64,000 nt of DNA from Myxococcota bacterium (GTDB taxonomy: Bacteria; Planctomycetota; UBA1135). A program made the position numbers and the translations under genes. Every line of letters starts with the position of its first letter. The first letter of the stretch is position 1. The notes beneath the pieces are model-generated. The model was not told the DNA's origin. It saw nothing but the letters and a program-made list of their open reading frames with translations, and ran no database searches. Shown one piece after another: positions 18,970-28,447 of the stretch. The DNA lies in the NCBI GenBank assembly GCA_047638975.1, contig JBLINB010000002.1, positions 12,487-76,486 on the forward strand, given 5' to 3'.

Positions 18970-19240
18970 TGTTCACCTCACCGTCTCTTTCTAGTAGCTC
19001 TACGATAGCTGCAGCTGCTGCTTCGGCATCATCACCGGTTGCGTGGATCTCTATTACAGCACCATGCGGTGCCCCGAGTGTCATCACCGACAAGATGCTT
19101 TTTGCATCGGCCGAGCGAGATTCAAAATGCAAACGCACTTTAGCGTTAAAGTCGACAGCAATGCTGACAATCGCATGACTAGGACGCGCGTGAATGCCGT
19201 TAGAGATAGCCACCGTAGCTTGGCGCACGATGGTAATCAT
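18959..19240 (-). CDS. ptsH: HPr phosphocarrier protein
   Basis: GIHARPS (His15) and DAKSILSVMTL (Ser46) motifs; ATG at 19240 preferred as start. Confidence 0.92.
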   Translation of the reverse strand: MITIVRQATVAISNGIHARPSHAIVSIAVDFNAKVRLHFESRSADAKSILSVMTLGAPHGAVIEIHATGDDAEAAAAAIVELLERDGEVNSAD

Positions 19241-19244
19241 TTCA

Positions 19245-19706
19245 TTATGCTTCAACTAATTCAGACAACATGTCTATAACTTGTGACGCATCTGAAGCCT
19301 GACATGCAAAAGACACAAAGTCTTCGTGTTGGGCTAATGACGCCACCCAGCGCAATAAGTCTAGGTGCTCGTCAGCGCTATCTATAGGGCGCAAAATAGA
19401 AAAGAACACATTGACGTTTTCGCCATCAAGAGCATTGAAGTCAACGCCCTCTTTGTGGATGGCAATAACGATGGACACTTTCTCGATATTATCAAGTTTG
19501 ATATGCGGTATACCAACACCAGATGCGCCAGTTGAGCCTTGTGATTCACGAAGCTTTAGCGCTTCAAGAATCTCGTCAGAACGGCTAGCTAATGATGGGT
19601 TGTTTGCAACGTGAGTGCCTGTCAAGCTTGACAGCACCGAATCTGCATCGAAAGCCTCGAGATCAAGGATGATGCATTCTGGCTTAAATAAATTTACGAA
19701 GCTCAT
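19245..19706 (-). CDS. ptsN: PTS EIIA (Ntr/fructose-type) domain protein
   Basis: RESQGSTG, GVGIPH, GVDFNALDG, HLDLL motifs; lies between hpf and HPr. Confidence 0.85.
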   Translation of the reverse strand: MSFVNLFKPECIILDLEAFDADSVLSSLTGTHVANNPSLASRSDEILEALKLRESQGSTGASGVGIPHIKLDNIEKVSIVIAIHKEGVDFNALDGENVNVFFSILRPIDSADEHLDLLRWVASLAQHEDFVSFACQASDASQVIDMLSELVEA

Positions 19707-20047
19707 GATGGGTTGTTGTCCTTGTTTGAACGAAAGACTGCCTCGTCGTGGCGACGAGATTTTGAAGAGTGCGTTTCTTTGTACTTGATAATCTGAGTCT
19801 TTACTTTATCGACTACATTATCAATTGCTGTTCTGCCGTCATCGCAAGAGTCTTTAGCGACAAACGGCTCGCCACTGTGCCGATGCAGAATTAATTCGCA
19901 AGTCACTTTGCCATGCTCTTTGTCAAAAACGATTTCTCCGTTTTCAAAGTGCTCGCCAAAGCGTTCGAGGTTCGTTACGTGCTGCGCAGTGTGCTCTTGG
20001 AGTCGCTGCGGGAAGTCGCTATGGCGACAAGTTATGGTGATTTTCAT
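19703..20047 (-). CDS. hpf: Ribosome hibernation factor HPF/RaiA family
   Basis: MKITITCRH...AIDNVVDKVKTQIIKYKE pattern; conserved hpf-ptsN context. Confidence 0.85.
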   Translation of the reverse strand: MKITITCRHSDFPQRLQEHTAQHVTNLERFGEHFENGEIVFDKEHGKVTCELILHRHSGEPFVAKDSCDDGRTAIDNVVDKVKTQIIKYKETHSSKSRRHDEAVFRSNKDNNPS

Positions 20048-20051
20048 GTAT

Positions 20052-20879
20052 CTAATCAGTGATGGGGTCTCCCTTAGAATACCTTAGCGGGGATGCCTTG
20101 TGAAGAAGCGAAAACGGTTCTTCTAAATAATGGACCCGATAAAGGGTCAAGCCTTTAGCCGCGGCTGTGGCTGATGCTTCAGCGCGGTCACATTTTTCGA
20201 GCACCTCTTTGATCCAGATTGGCGCGTGCCGCTTTCGCCCCACATCAAGTAGGCTGCCGACCATATTCCGTACCATTTTGTACAAAAAGCCCGTGCCACG
20301 CACATGGATTAATACACGATTACGCTGCAACTGAATGTGCACATGCGTCACCGTGCGTATAGTGGTCGACGTGCTGCGTCCGGATGCGGCGAAGGATTCG
20401 TAGTCATGAGTGCCAATAAAATACTGGCTAGCTTCGCGCATCGCAGCGATGTCTAAGATTTGCGGCACCCACTCGCTCATAATATCATCAAGCACTGGCG
20501 GAGTGCGGCCGGTGGCAATGCTGTAAATATAGTGCTTCGATATCGCCGACCCGCTGGCATGAAAACCCGCTGGCATTTCTACGGATTCACGCACGACCAA
20601 ATCGCTCTTAAATTTTGAGTTTAGCGCCCTAGCAATCCTTGTCGCCTCGAAATCACTCGCTGTCTGGAAATGCACCACTTGACCGTGAGCGTGAACACCA
20701 GAGTCGGTGCGTCCACTAGCCAACATGCTAACTTGCTCGCCGCTAAGTTCGTGCCACGCCCGCTCGAGTGCATGCTGCACGGTACGCCGTCGCGGCTGCT
20801 TCGCATAACCTTTGAAGCCTAGTCCGAAGTACGAGACTAGCAAGGCGATTACGCGGACGTCACCGCTAACGTCACTCAT
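20052..20879 (-). CDS. truA: tRNA pseudouridine(38-40) synthase
   Basis: SGRTDSGVHAHGQ, GTHDYESF, GFLYKMVRNMVG. Confidence 0.96.
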   Translation of the reverse strand: MSDVSGDVRVIALLVSYFGLGFKGYAKQPRRRTVQHALERAWHELSGEQVSMLASGRTDSGVHAHGQVVHFQTASDFEATRIARALNSKFKSDLVVRESVEMPAGFHASGSAISKHYIYSIATGRTPPVLDDIMSEWVPQILDIAAMREASQYFIGTHDYESFAASGRSTSTTIRTVTHVHIQLQRNRVLIHVRGTGFLYKMVRNMVGSLLDVGRKRHAPIWIKEVLEKCDRAEASATAAAKGLTLYRVHYLEEPFSLLHKASPLRYSKGDPITD

Positions 20880-21474
20880 CTAATTTGCGGCGTCCGGCAT
20901 AAGCATCAGCGAGAATGTCGCCATGCAAATATTCAAGTCGAGCGCCAACCGGCAAGCCACGTGCTAAGCGCGTCACGGTTACGTCTGACCCGTCAAGAAT
21001 TTCGATTACTTTAAGCGCAGCACCCTCGCCTTCGCGGTCCGGAGCGGTGGCCAACACCACCTCTTTGACTTCTCCGCCATCTACGCGACGGCGTAATTCG
21101 CGTAAAGCAAAATCATCAGGGGTCGCTCCTTCGCGCGGTGCGAAGCCTTCGAGCAACACGTGATATAGGCCGTTGTGCGCACCGGAGCTTTCGAGCTTTT
21201 CGACTTCGCGTGGACCTTCGACTACACACACGACTTGTGCATCGCGCGAGTCGTCGGCGCAAATAGAACACGGTGAACGCAAAGTTATATTCAAACATTT
21301 TGAGCAACGTTCGGTCTCCATGCGTGCATCACGCAACGCCATTGCCAAACTCGCGACTTCATCAGGAGTCGAGCGTAGAACATGCAATGCCATGCGCTCG
21401 GCTGAGCGCGCGCCAACTCCGGGGAACTTTTCTAGAGCCTGGATTAAGCGTTCGAGTGGTTCAGGAAACGCCAC
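20872..21474 (-). CDS. recR: Recombination mediator RecR
   Basis: PGVGARSAER HhH, C4 Zn finger, CVVE, TRLARGLPVG. Confidence 0.96.
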   Translation of the reverse strand: MAFPEPLERLIQALEKFPGVGARSAERMALHVLRSTPDEVASLAMALRDARMETERCSKCLNITLRSPCSICADDSRDAQVVCVVEGPREVEKLESSGAHNGLYHVLLEGFAPREGATPDDFALRELRRRVDGGEVKEVVLATAPDREGEGAALKVIEILDGSDVTVTRLARGLPVGARLEYLHGDILADAYAGRRKLDE

Positions 21475-21804
21475 CTACATCCCTGGCATACCCGGCATAC
21501 CCATGCCGCCAGTAACACCTTTCATCGATTCGTCTGATTCAGTGGATATTTGCTGCAGCGCTTCTTGCACCGCAATGCTCACCATATCTTCAAGCAACTC
21601 GATATCGTCTGCATCAACGACTTCGGGATTGATAGTAATGTTTTTGACTGCGTAGGCACCACTAATGCTGACGACTACTGCGCCACCACCAGCTTTACCT
21701 TCGTAAATTTTGCTCGCAAGTTTATCTTGCATTTCAGCAACTTCGCGTTGCATCTTTTTTGCTTGACGGAGTAAACCGCCTAAATCGCCTAAGCTTCCTG
21801 CCAT
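21475..21804 (-). CDS. ybaB: YbaB/EbfC nucleoid-associated protein
   Basis: QAKKMQ, GKAGGGAV, DIELLEDM; dnaX-ybaB-recR synteny. Confidence 0.95.
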   Translation of the reverse strand: MAGSLGDLGGLLRQAKKMQREVAEMQDKLASKIYEGKAGGGAVVVSISGAYAVKNITINPEVVDADDIELLEDMVSIAVQEALQQISTESDESMKGVTGGMGMPGMPGM

Positions 21805-21806
21805 AA

Positions 21807-23402
21807 TTATTCTTTCTCTTGTTGCCCGTCGAACTCACTTACTAGAGTCTCGACAGTTGGGTTAACGGTGACTTGCTGTGGTTGCACAAACTGAATACGC
21901 CATGGGAGCGGCGACCAGTTTAGCTCGGATAAAGCGCGCTCTTCGACGGGGTCTTCAAGCACGTTTAGGTCAGGACCTTTTGCCTGACGGAGATGGATAA
22001 TGATTTCACTATCTGTAGTTTCGACCTTTAAGAAATAACTTTTTATGATCGCAGAAAGAGTTGGACGCTGCTCGGATAATTTCTCGAACATTTGCGCCAT
22101 TGTTAATGCTTCTGCGACGGCGGTTGGCGCTGGCGTGGGTGCTGCTACCGGTGTCACTGCAGCTGCTACCGTCGCTACTTTAGCTATTGGCGCTGGTGCT
22201 ACTGCGGCAACGGCTACGCTTCGCGTTACCGGTGGAGCAGCGCTATTATTAACTTGCAGCTCGCCATTGTTTAGCAGATTAGCCAACTCGAAGAACTGGT
22301 TAATACGTGCCGCGCGCAACATGGTGTATTCAAGCAAAGCACGTGCACCAAGCGGACTACGCTGAATACGGCTTTCAAGGCTAAATATCATGCCCATGAT
22401 GCCTTCCATGCGGTCGCGGCCTAGGCAGCGAGCCAACTCGATCATCTGAGCTTTGCGCTCAGGAGCAGGCTCGACTCCGAGACTGTCTTCGCCGAGCAAA
22501 GCAACATGCAGCAAATCGCGCAAAGCGTCGACCGACTGCTCTACAAAATCGCGCTCGGTGCCGCCGACCTCAAGAAAACCAGCGATCTCGGTGAGTATCA
22601 CTTTAGGATCGTCATCGGCGATTGCTTGAAACAAACGCAACCAACGTTCGGGACGCGCCAAGCCGGACAAACTTTCTAAATCATCAAGTGTCAATTCGCC
22701 ATCTGCTGTTGCCAGCAACTGATCGAGCATCGACTCGGCATCGCGCATACCGCCACGGCATCCGCGCGAAATAACTTGCAACACTTCGGAAGGCACACTT
22801 ACGCCCTCTTCTTTACAGACGAATTCTAGTTTGGCTTGGACGTCGACTTCGCGGATGCGGCGGAATTCGAATATCTGACAACGCGAGACAATGGTGTCGG
22901 GTATTTTGTGCGGGTCGGTCGTCGCAAACAAAAACATCGCATGCGCCGGTGGCTCTTCAAGCGTCTTCAATAACGCATCGAATGCTTGACCTGACAGCCG
23001 TTGCACTTCGTCAATAATATAAATCTTGCGGCGGTTACGAATCGGATGCGTTTGTACAGCATCACGAATGCCGCGCACATCGTCTACACCATTATTCGAA
23101 GCACCGTCGATTTCAATAACATCGATGTCGCTGCCACGTTCGATTTCGATGCATTGGCTGCACTTCAAACATGGTGTTACCGTTGGCCCTTCAACGCAAT
23201 TCATCGACTTAGCGATAATGCGCGCGGTAGTCGTTTTGCCAACACCACGCGGGCCGATTAACAGATAGGCCTGCCCAACACGTTGTTTGTCAATGGCGCT
23301 GCTCAGGGCGCGCACGATATGGTCTTGGCCGATTACCTCGGAAAAGCTACGTGGGCGGTATTTGCGTGCAAAAACACGGTAAGACTGAGCGGGTGTGGTC
23401 AC
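21807..23402 (-). CDS. dnaX: DNA polymerase III subunit gamma/tau
   Basis: ARKYRP, GPRGVGKTT, DEV, LLKTLEEPP, SRC motifs. Confidence 0.97.
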   Translation of the reverse strand: MTTPAQSYRVFARKYRPRSFSEVIGQDHIVRALSSAIDKQRVGQAYLLIGPRGVGKTTTARIIAKSMNCVEGPTVTPCLKCSQCIEIERGSDIDVIEIDGASNNGVDDVRGIRDAVQTHPIRNRRKIYIIDEVQRLSGQAFDALLKTLEEPPAHAMFLFATTDPHKIPDTIVSRCQIFEFRRIREVDVQAKLEFVCKEEGVSVPSEVLQVISRGCRGGMRDAESMLDQLLATADGELTLDDLESLSGLARPERWLRLFQAIADDDPKVILTEIAGFLEVGGTERDFVEQSVDALRDLLHVALLGEDSLGVEPAPERKAQMIELARCLGRDRMEGIMGMIFSLESRIQRSPLGARALLEYTMLRAARINQFFELANLLNNGELQVNNSAAPPVTRSVAVAAVAPAPIAKVATVAAAVTPVAAPTPAPTAVAEALTMAQMFEKLSEQRPTLSAIIKSYFLKVETTDSEIIIHLRQAKGPDLNVLEDPVEERALSELNWSPLPWRIQFVQPQQVTVNPTVETLVSEFDGQQEKE

Positions 23403-23453
23403 GAGAACATATTAACAGCTTGCAGCCGCTACCACAGTACAAGAAACTAGAAA

Positions 23454-23560
23454 CCGGAGACCCGAACATTCGCGGCACCCGATGCGTGATGCTTAGAGCT
23501 GCTCCATTCCTGGCCTGACCCGGTTCACTTCAGCTTCGCTGCGCGAGGCCGAGTCCCCGG
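23454..23560 (-). ncRNA. ffs: SRP RNA (4.5S)
   Basis: Minus strand GAACCGGGTCAGGCCAGGAATGGAGCAGC (helix 8 with GGAA tetraloop), complementary ends CCGGGGAC/GTCTCCGG; classic tRNA-Ser-ffs-dnaX order. Confidence 0.9.
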
Positions 23561-23588
23561 CTTCTAGAGTGTTGTATTGTAACTGATT

Positions 23589-23676
<88 letters not shown>

Positions 23677-23717
23677 GTAATGGCGCAAAATCATAGCGTC
23701 GCCCCACACATAACGAA

Positions 23718-24212
23718 TCACTTTTTTCGCTTTGCTTGAAAAAACTCGCGCAGCATTTGCGCCGATTCGTCTGCCATCACCCCACCTTTATACTCTACCG
23801 TGTGATTCAATCCGTCTAAATCGAAGATCTTGACCAGTGACTCTGCCCCGCCGAATTTGGGATCGCTCGCAGCATATACCACGCGCTTGATGCGTGCATG
23901 CAAAATCGCTCCACAGCACTGAATACAGGGTTCTAGCGTGCAATACAGCTCGGCATCGACCAAACGCTTGTCACCTGTGGACGCCATCGCTTGCGTAATG
24001 GCGATCATCTCGGCATGCGCCGTGGCATCAGATAAAGCCTCGACTTGATTACGCCCGCGCCCAATTATTTTGTTACCGCGGACGACAACTGCGCCTACAG
24101 GCACTTCATCGTTACGCGCTGCTGTTTGAGCTTCGCGCATGGCGATTTCCATGATCATGGAGTCGCGTTGTTGCGGAGATTCTGGCTCGCGTAGTGGGAA
24201 CAACAGATTCAT
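23718..24212 (-). CDS. tadA: tRNA adenosine(34) deaminase
   Basis: EVPVGAV, HAEMIA, TLEPCIQC, DPKFG; start moved to ATG 24212 because the longer ORF overlaps tRNA-Arg. Confidence 0.93.
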   Translation of the reverse strand: MNLLFPLREPESPQQRDSMIMEIAMREAQTAARNDEVPVGAVVVRGNKIIGRGRNQVEALSDATAHAEMIAITQAMASTGDKRLVDAELYCTLEPCIQCCGAILHARIKRVVYAASDPKFGGAESLVKIFDLDGLNHTVEYKGGVMADESAQMLREFFQAKRKK

Positions 24213-24228
24213 GTGCACTAAAAATAAA

Positions 24229-24305
24229 TGGTGCGCCCGGGAGGATTCGAACCCCCAACCTCCTGATCCGTAGTCAGGTGCTCTATCCAGTTGAGCTACG
24301 GGCGC
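24229..24305 (-). tRNA. tRNA-Arg(ACG)
   Basis: GCGCCCGTAGCTCAACTGGATAGAGC, CCTGA-CTACGGA-TCAGG, GGTTCGAATCC, CCA end. Confidence 0.97.
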
Positions 24306-24315
24306 TTGGCCGGAA

Positions 24316-24344
24316 ATTACAACGTCGCGGCTGCATTTAGTCAA
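24316..24344 (-). promoter_or_regulatory. Sigma-70-type promoter for tRNA-Arg/tadA
   Basis: TTGACT-N17-TGTAAT, 10 bp upstream of the tRNA. Confidence 0.55.
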
Positions 24345-24429
24345 TCATTGTTTAATTAAAACTTATTTATCAACAAACGTGTTTTTACCTATGCGTAGAT
24401 ACTGCGAACTTATATCCTAAATTGTATAA

Positions 24430-27400
24430 ATGGAGCCATTCGTTCATCTACACGTACATACTGAATATAGCCTACTTGACGGGGCTAACAAGATTGACAG
24501 CCTTACCGCAGCAGCGGTTGAAGACGGGCACGATTCGATTGCGATTACTGACCATGGCAACCTCTATGGCGCCATGGAGTTTTACAAAAGTTGTCGTGCC
24601 AAAGAAATCAAGCCGATCCTGGGCTGCGAAATTTACATTGCCGAAAAATCGATGTATGACAAGCACAATCGTACTACCAATCCGTACTCTCACTTAACCT
24701 TATTGGCGCGCAACGCCAAAGGCTGGGAGAACTTGATGAAGCTAAGTTCTGACTCGCACACTAAGGGTATGTCCGTGCGTCCGCGTATCGACATGGAACA
24801 CTTAGCGCAGCACGCTGAAGGCTTAACCGTATTATCCGGTTGCATGTCGGGGCCCGTAAATAAGTTATTACGCCGCGAGCAAGAAGACGAAGCGCGCAAC
24901 ATGGCTGGCACACTCGCCGACATGTTCGGGCGCGAGCATTTCTTTCTTGAGATTATGCGCAATGGCATCAAAGAGCAAGATGACTTAACTACAGCAATGG
25001 TGCGCATGAAAGACCAAGTGGGTTTGCCGCTAGTTGCTACCAATGATATTCATTACTCGCGTCATGAAGACTGCAGCATACAAGACGCTCTTTTGTGCTT
25101 AGGTATAGGTGGCAAATACAACGATCCCAATCGCTGGCGTTTCGACACCGACAGCCTGTTCTTTCGCACGCGTCAAGACATGAATCGTGTATTTCACGAT
25201 CTGCCCGAAGCGTTGCGTAACACCATCGAAGTGTCCAACCAAATCGACGTCGAACTTGAAATTGGTCGCCTACGCATGCCGGTATTCACGCCCGAAGACG
25301 GACGCAGTCCTGAGAAAATGTTTCGCGAACTATGCGAAGACGGCATAAGGCGATTGTATCCAGAAGTCACAGATGTCGTCCGTAAGCGCCTTGAATACGA
25401 AATCAAGGTGATTACCGAGATGGGTTTCGTTTCATACTTCTTAATCGTATGGGACTTAATTCGATTTGCGCGCGACAGTGGTATCCCGGTGGGCCCCGGT
25501 CGTGGTTCGGCGGCGGGTTCGATTGTGGCTTACGCCCTTGAGATCACTAAAATTGATCCGCTTAAATACGATCTTATTTTCGAGCGTTTCTTGAACCCTG
25601 GGCGTATGTCGATGCCTGATATTGATATCGACTTTTGCAAAGACCGCCGCGAAGAGATGATCATTTATACGCGCGAAAAGTATGGCGACGAAAACGTGTG
25701 TCAGATCATTACCTTTGGTCGTCTAAAAGCCAAAAACGCACTCCGCGATATGGGGCGTATTCTCGAGATACCTTTACAGCAAGTTGACAAAGCAGCGAAG
25801 TTAATTCCGGACGACGCCAAGACTTTACAAAAGGCCATTGACACTGTTACTGAATTGCAAGAGTTCCGCGATTCGTGCGACGAGTACGCACAATGGTTTG
25901 AATTCGCTACTAAGGTCGAAGGCTTCGCGCGCAACACCGGAGTACACGCAGCCGGCGTAATTATTGCCGACGAGCCGCTACGCAACATTGCACCGATATC
26001 ACGGGTGTCTGGCAACATCACCACGCAGTGGGACATGAAGTACTCCGAAGAATACGGTCTACTTAAAATGGATTTCTTGGGTCTACGTACTTTGTCCATT
26101 TTGCATGAGGCCGTGGCGCAAGTCGATCTCAACCGTGGTATTAAAATCGATCTCGATACGATATCCCTTGAAGACAAAGCTACCTTCGAGTTATTCTGCA
26201 ACGCCGACACCGAAGGCGTGTTCCAGCTAGAATCCTCGGGCATGCGCACCTTGCTGAACAATCTCCAGCCTTCCGTTTACGAAGACATTATCGCGGTATT
26301 GGCACTCTATCGCCCGGGCCCACTAGGCTCAGGCTTGCACGAAGTATTCACGCGACGCAAACACGGCACCGAAGCCGTTAGCTTTGACCACCCTATTCTT
26401 GAGCCCATCCTCAAAGAAACTTATGGTGTTTTAATCTACCAAGAGCAGATCATGCGTGTTGCGCAGCAAATGGGTGGTTTCTCGCTTGCCGACGCCGACA
26501 ACTTGCGTAAAGCGATGGGCAAGAAAGACCCCGAGCTAATGGATAGGTTTAAGAATAAGTTTATCGAGGGCGCTACCGCACAAGACGTCGACCTTAACAT
26601 CTCGACCAAAATATGGGAGATGATGGTTAAGTTCGCCGAATACGGATTTAACAAATCTCACTCTGCTGCTTATGCGATGGTTACTTTTCAAGCCGCATAC
26701 ATGAAGGCGCACTATCCAGCCGAATTTTACACGGCTTCATACACTTACGAGGCTAGCGATAAAGACAAACTGCGGGTGCTTATCGAAGACGCACGCCGTC
26801 ACCAAATTAATTTACTACCGCCATGCGTCAATCAATCGACGCGCCGTTTCCAGGTTGTAGATAATGAAACGATTCGCTTCGGCCTTGAGGCGATCAAAGG
26901 TGTAGGTGGCGGCGCCGCCGATGCCCTAGTTGAGATTCGTGACGCGCAAGAAGGTGGCGTCTTCACTAGCATGCAAGACGTATTCGTTGAGGGTACCGCT
27001 GTGCATGTAAACAAAGGCACCTTCGAATCCATGGCAATGGCCGGATGTTTCGATGTCTTCGGAAATTCACGCATGAAGATGCTGAACAGTCTCGAAAACG
27101 ATTTAAAGATTGCATCCAGCGCGGCAAAAGACCGCCAAAAAGGGCAAGGTTCTTTATTCGACATGTTTGGTGGTGGTGGTGGCGACGATGCAGGCCAACA
27201 AACGGCTCAACAAGCACCTGCCGACGACAACAAGCAGGCAGACGAACTCAGCGATGCCGAGAAAAAGCAGCAGCTGACTTTCGAGAAAGAAGTTTTGGGC
27301 ATCTACTTAAGCTCACACCCTCTCGACCCCTATCGTCACGTAGCTACAGGCTTAACTCCGTTTGACAGCCGTTCGGTAAAGGAAGCAGGCGACAATGCTC

Positions 27401-27975
27401 TGATTGATTTATTCGGTCTCACTAGCCAACTGAATATTAGGTCGACCGCCAAAGACCCCTCGAAAAAGTTCGGAAAATTCGAGATAGAAGATTTATATGG
27501 TTCGACTCCAGCGGTGGTTTTCAATCGCACCATCGAAGAATGCGGCGACCTACTCGCCGAAGACACGATTGCACTCTTCAAAGGCAAGATACAGATTAGT
27601 AATGACATCCCTGAGATGATTATTAACGAGATCGTCCCGGCTGGCGCCCCTGAATCTCTAGCGCTACAAGGAATTCTCGAAATCTCATTTGCCGCTAACC
27701 AACAGCCGTCAAAAGAAATTATGTCGGCGATGAAGCTAAAACTAGAAGAGCATAGCGGCGACTCAAAAGTTCGATTTGTCGTCTTCGAAAAAGATGGCGA
27801 AGAAATAAGCGGACGCCATGTCATTCGCGCTGGCAGTCAATGGAATGTTCAGCTGTCGTCCGAATTAATCGAAAAGCTTAACATTATTATCGGAGCAAAT
27901 AGCACACGCGTAATAATGGAACGTGGCAGCGTTGAGCGCGAAGCACAGCCTTCCTGGAAAACGGCTCGCCAATAA
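24430..27975 (+). CDS. dnaE: DNA polymerase III alpha subunit
   Basis: HLHVHTEYSLLDG PHP domain, GPGRGSAAGS, MPDIDIDF, YGFNKSHS. Confidence 0.98.
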   Translation: MEPFVHLHVHTEYSLLDGANKIDSLTAAAVEDGHDSIAITDHGNLYGAMEFYKSCRAKEIKPILGCEIYIAEKSMYDKHNRTTNPYSHLTLLARNAKGWENLMKLSSDSHTKGMSVRPRIDMEHLAQHAEGLTVLSGCMSGPVNKLLRREQEDEARNMAGTLADMFGREHFFLEIMRNGIKEQDDLTTAMVRMKDQVGLPLVATNDIHYSRHEDCSIQDALLCLGIGGKYNDPNRWRFDTDSLFFRTRQDMNRVFHDLPEALRNTIEVSNQIDVELEIGRLRMPVFTPEDGRSPEKMFRELCEDGIRRLYPEVTDVVRKRLEYEIKVITEMGFVSYFLIVWDLIRFARDSGIPVGPGRGSAAGSIVAYALEITKIDPLKYDLIFERFLNPGRMSMPDIDIDFCKDRREEMIIYTREKYGDENVCQIITFGRLKAKNALRDMGRILEIPLQQVDKAAKLIPDDAKTLQKAIDTVTELQEFRDSCDEYAQWFEFATKVEGFARNTGVHAAGVIIADEPLRNIAPISRVSGNITTQWDMKYSEEYGLLKMDFLGLRTLSILHEAVAQVDLNRGIKIDLDTISLEDKATFELFCNADTEGVFQLESSGMRTLLNNLQPSVYEDIIAVLALYRPGPLGSGLHEVFTRRKHGTEAVSFDHPILEPILKETYGVLIYQEQIMRVAQQMGGFSLADADNLRKAMGKKDPELMDRFKNKFIEGATAQDVDLNISTKIWEMMVKFAEYGFNKSHSAAYAMVTFQAAYMKAHYPAEFYTASYTYEASDKDKLRVLIEDARRHQINLLPPCVNQSTRRFQVVDNETIRFGLEAIKGVGGGAADALVEIRDAQEGGVFTSMQDVFVEGTAVHVNKGTFESMAMAGCFDVFGNSRMKMLNSLENDLKIASSAAKDRQKGQGSLFDMFGGGGGDDAGQQTAQQAPADDNKQADELSDAEKKQQLTFEKEVLGIYLSSHPLDPYRHVATGLTPFDSRSVKEAGDNALIDLFGLTSQLNIRSTAKDPSKKFGKFEIEDLYGSTPAVVFNRTIEECGDLLAEDTIALFKGKIQISNDIPEMIINEIVPAGAPESLALQGILEISFAANQQPSKEIMSAMKLKLEEHSGDSKVRFVVFEKDGEEISGRHVIRAGSQWNVQLSSELIEKLNIIIGANSTRVIMERGSVEREAQPSWKTARQ

Positions 27976-27986
27976 GCACGGCCAAT

Positions 27987-28033
27987 AAATTAAGCGCGAG
28001 ACTATCAGATGATGGTCTCGCGCTTAATTTTTA
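27987..28033. terminator. Bidirectional intrinsic terminator between convergent dnaE and rplQ
   Basis: AAATTAAGCGCGAGACTATC-agat-GATGGTCTCGCGCTTAATTT long stem with A/T tracts on both sides. Confidence 0.85.
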
Positions 28034-28040
28034 TTAACGA

Positions 28041-28442
28041 TTACTCGCCTGCTAAAGCTTCTACAGAAACTTCTTTCTCTGAGCGCTCTACGAATTCGAA
28101 CAGTGCTAGTTGAGTATTGTCACCTAGACGATACTTGTTTTGCTTAAGGATACGAGTGTAGCCTCCTGGACGATCTTTGAAACGTGGTCCGAGCACATCA
28201 AACAACTTAGTTGTTGCGTCACGGTTATTACCAAGTAGTGACAAAGCACGACGGAAGTTGTGCAGAGTTTTATCTTTAGACAAAGTAACTAGCTTTTCGA
28301 CCATCGGACGCATTGCCTTAGCCTTAGTTACTGTAGTCTCGATACGTTCATGCTCAATGATTGCAGCAGCCATGTTGCGCATCATTGCGACGCGGTGAGC
28401 TGGCTTACGAGAAAGCTTACGGGTTTTTACGCGATGTCTCAT
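28041..28442 (-). CDS. rplQ: 50S ribosomal protein bL17
   Basis: MRHR, IETTVTKAK, RPGGYTRI. Confidence 0.98.
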   Translation of the reverse strand: MRHRVKTRKLSRKPAHRVAMMRNMAAAIIEHERIETTVTKAKAMRPMVEKLVTLSKDKTLHNFRRALSLLGNNRDATTKLFDVLGPRFKDRPGGYTRILKQNKYRLGDNTQLALFEFVERSEKEVSVEALAGE

Positions 28443-28447
28443 TATTC

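Noticed and set aside
22110-22245. Ala/Pro/Val-rich low-complexity stretch in dnaX as a repeat or frameshift site
   Set aside because: Ordinary tau linker; no slippery A-AAA-AAG or long A run seen.
24213-24344. N-terminal extension of TadA in the ORF track; similar extensions for rplE, rplV, rpsG, rpmJ, rplK and secE
   Set aside because: The extensions overlap tRNA-Arg, the upstream gene or the ribosome-binding region; downstream ATGs give typical lengths.
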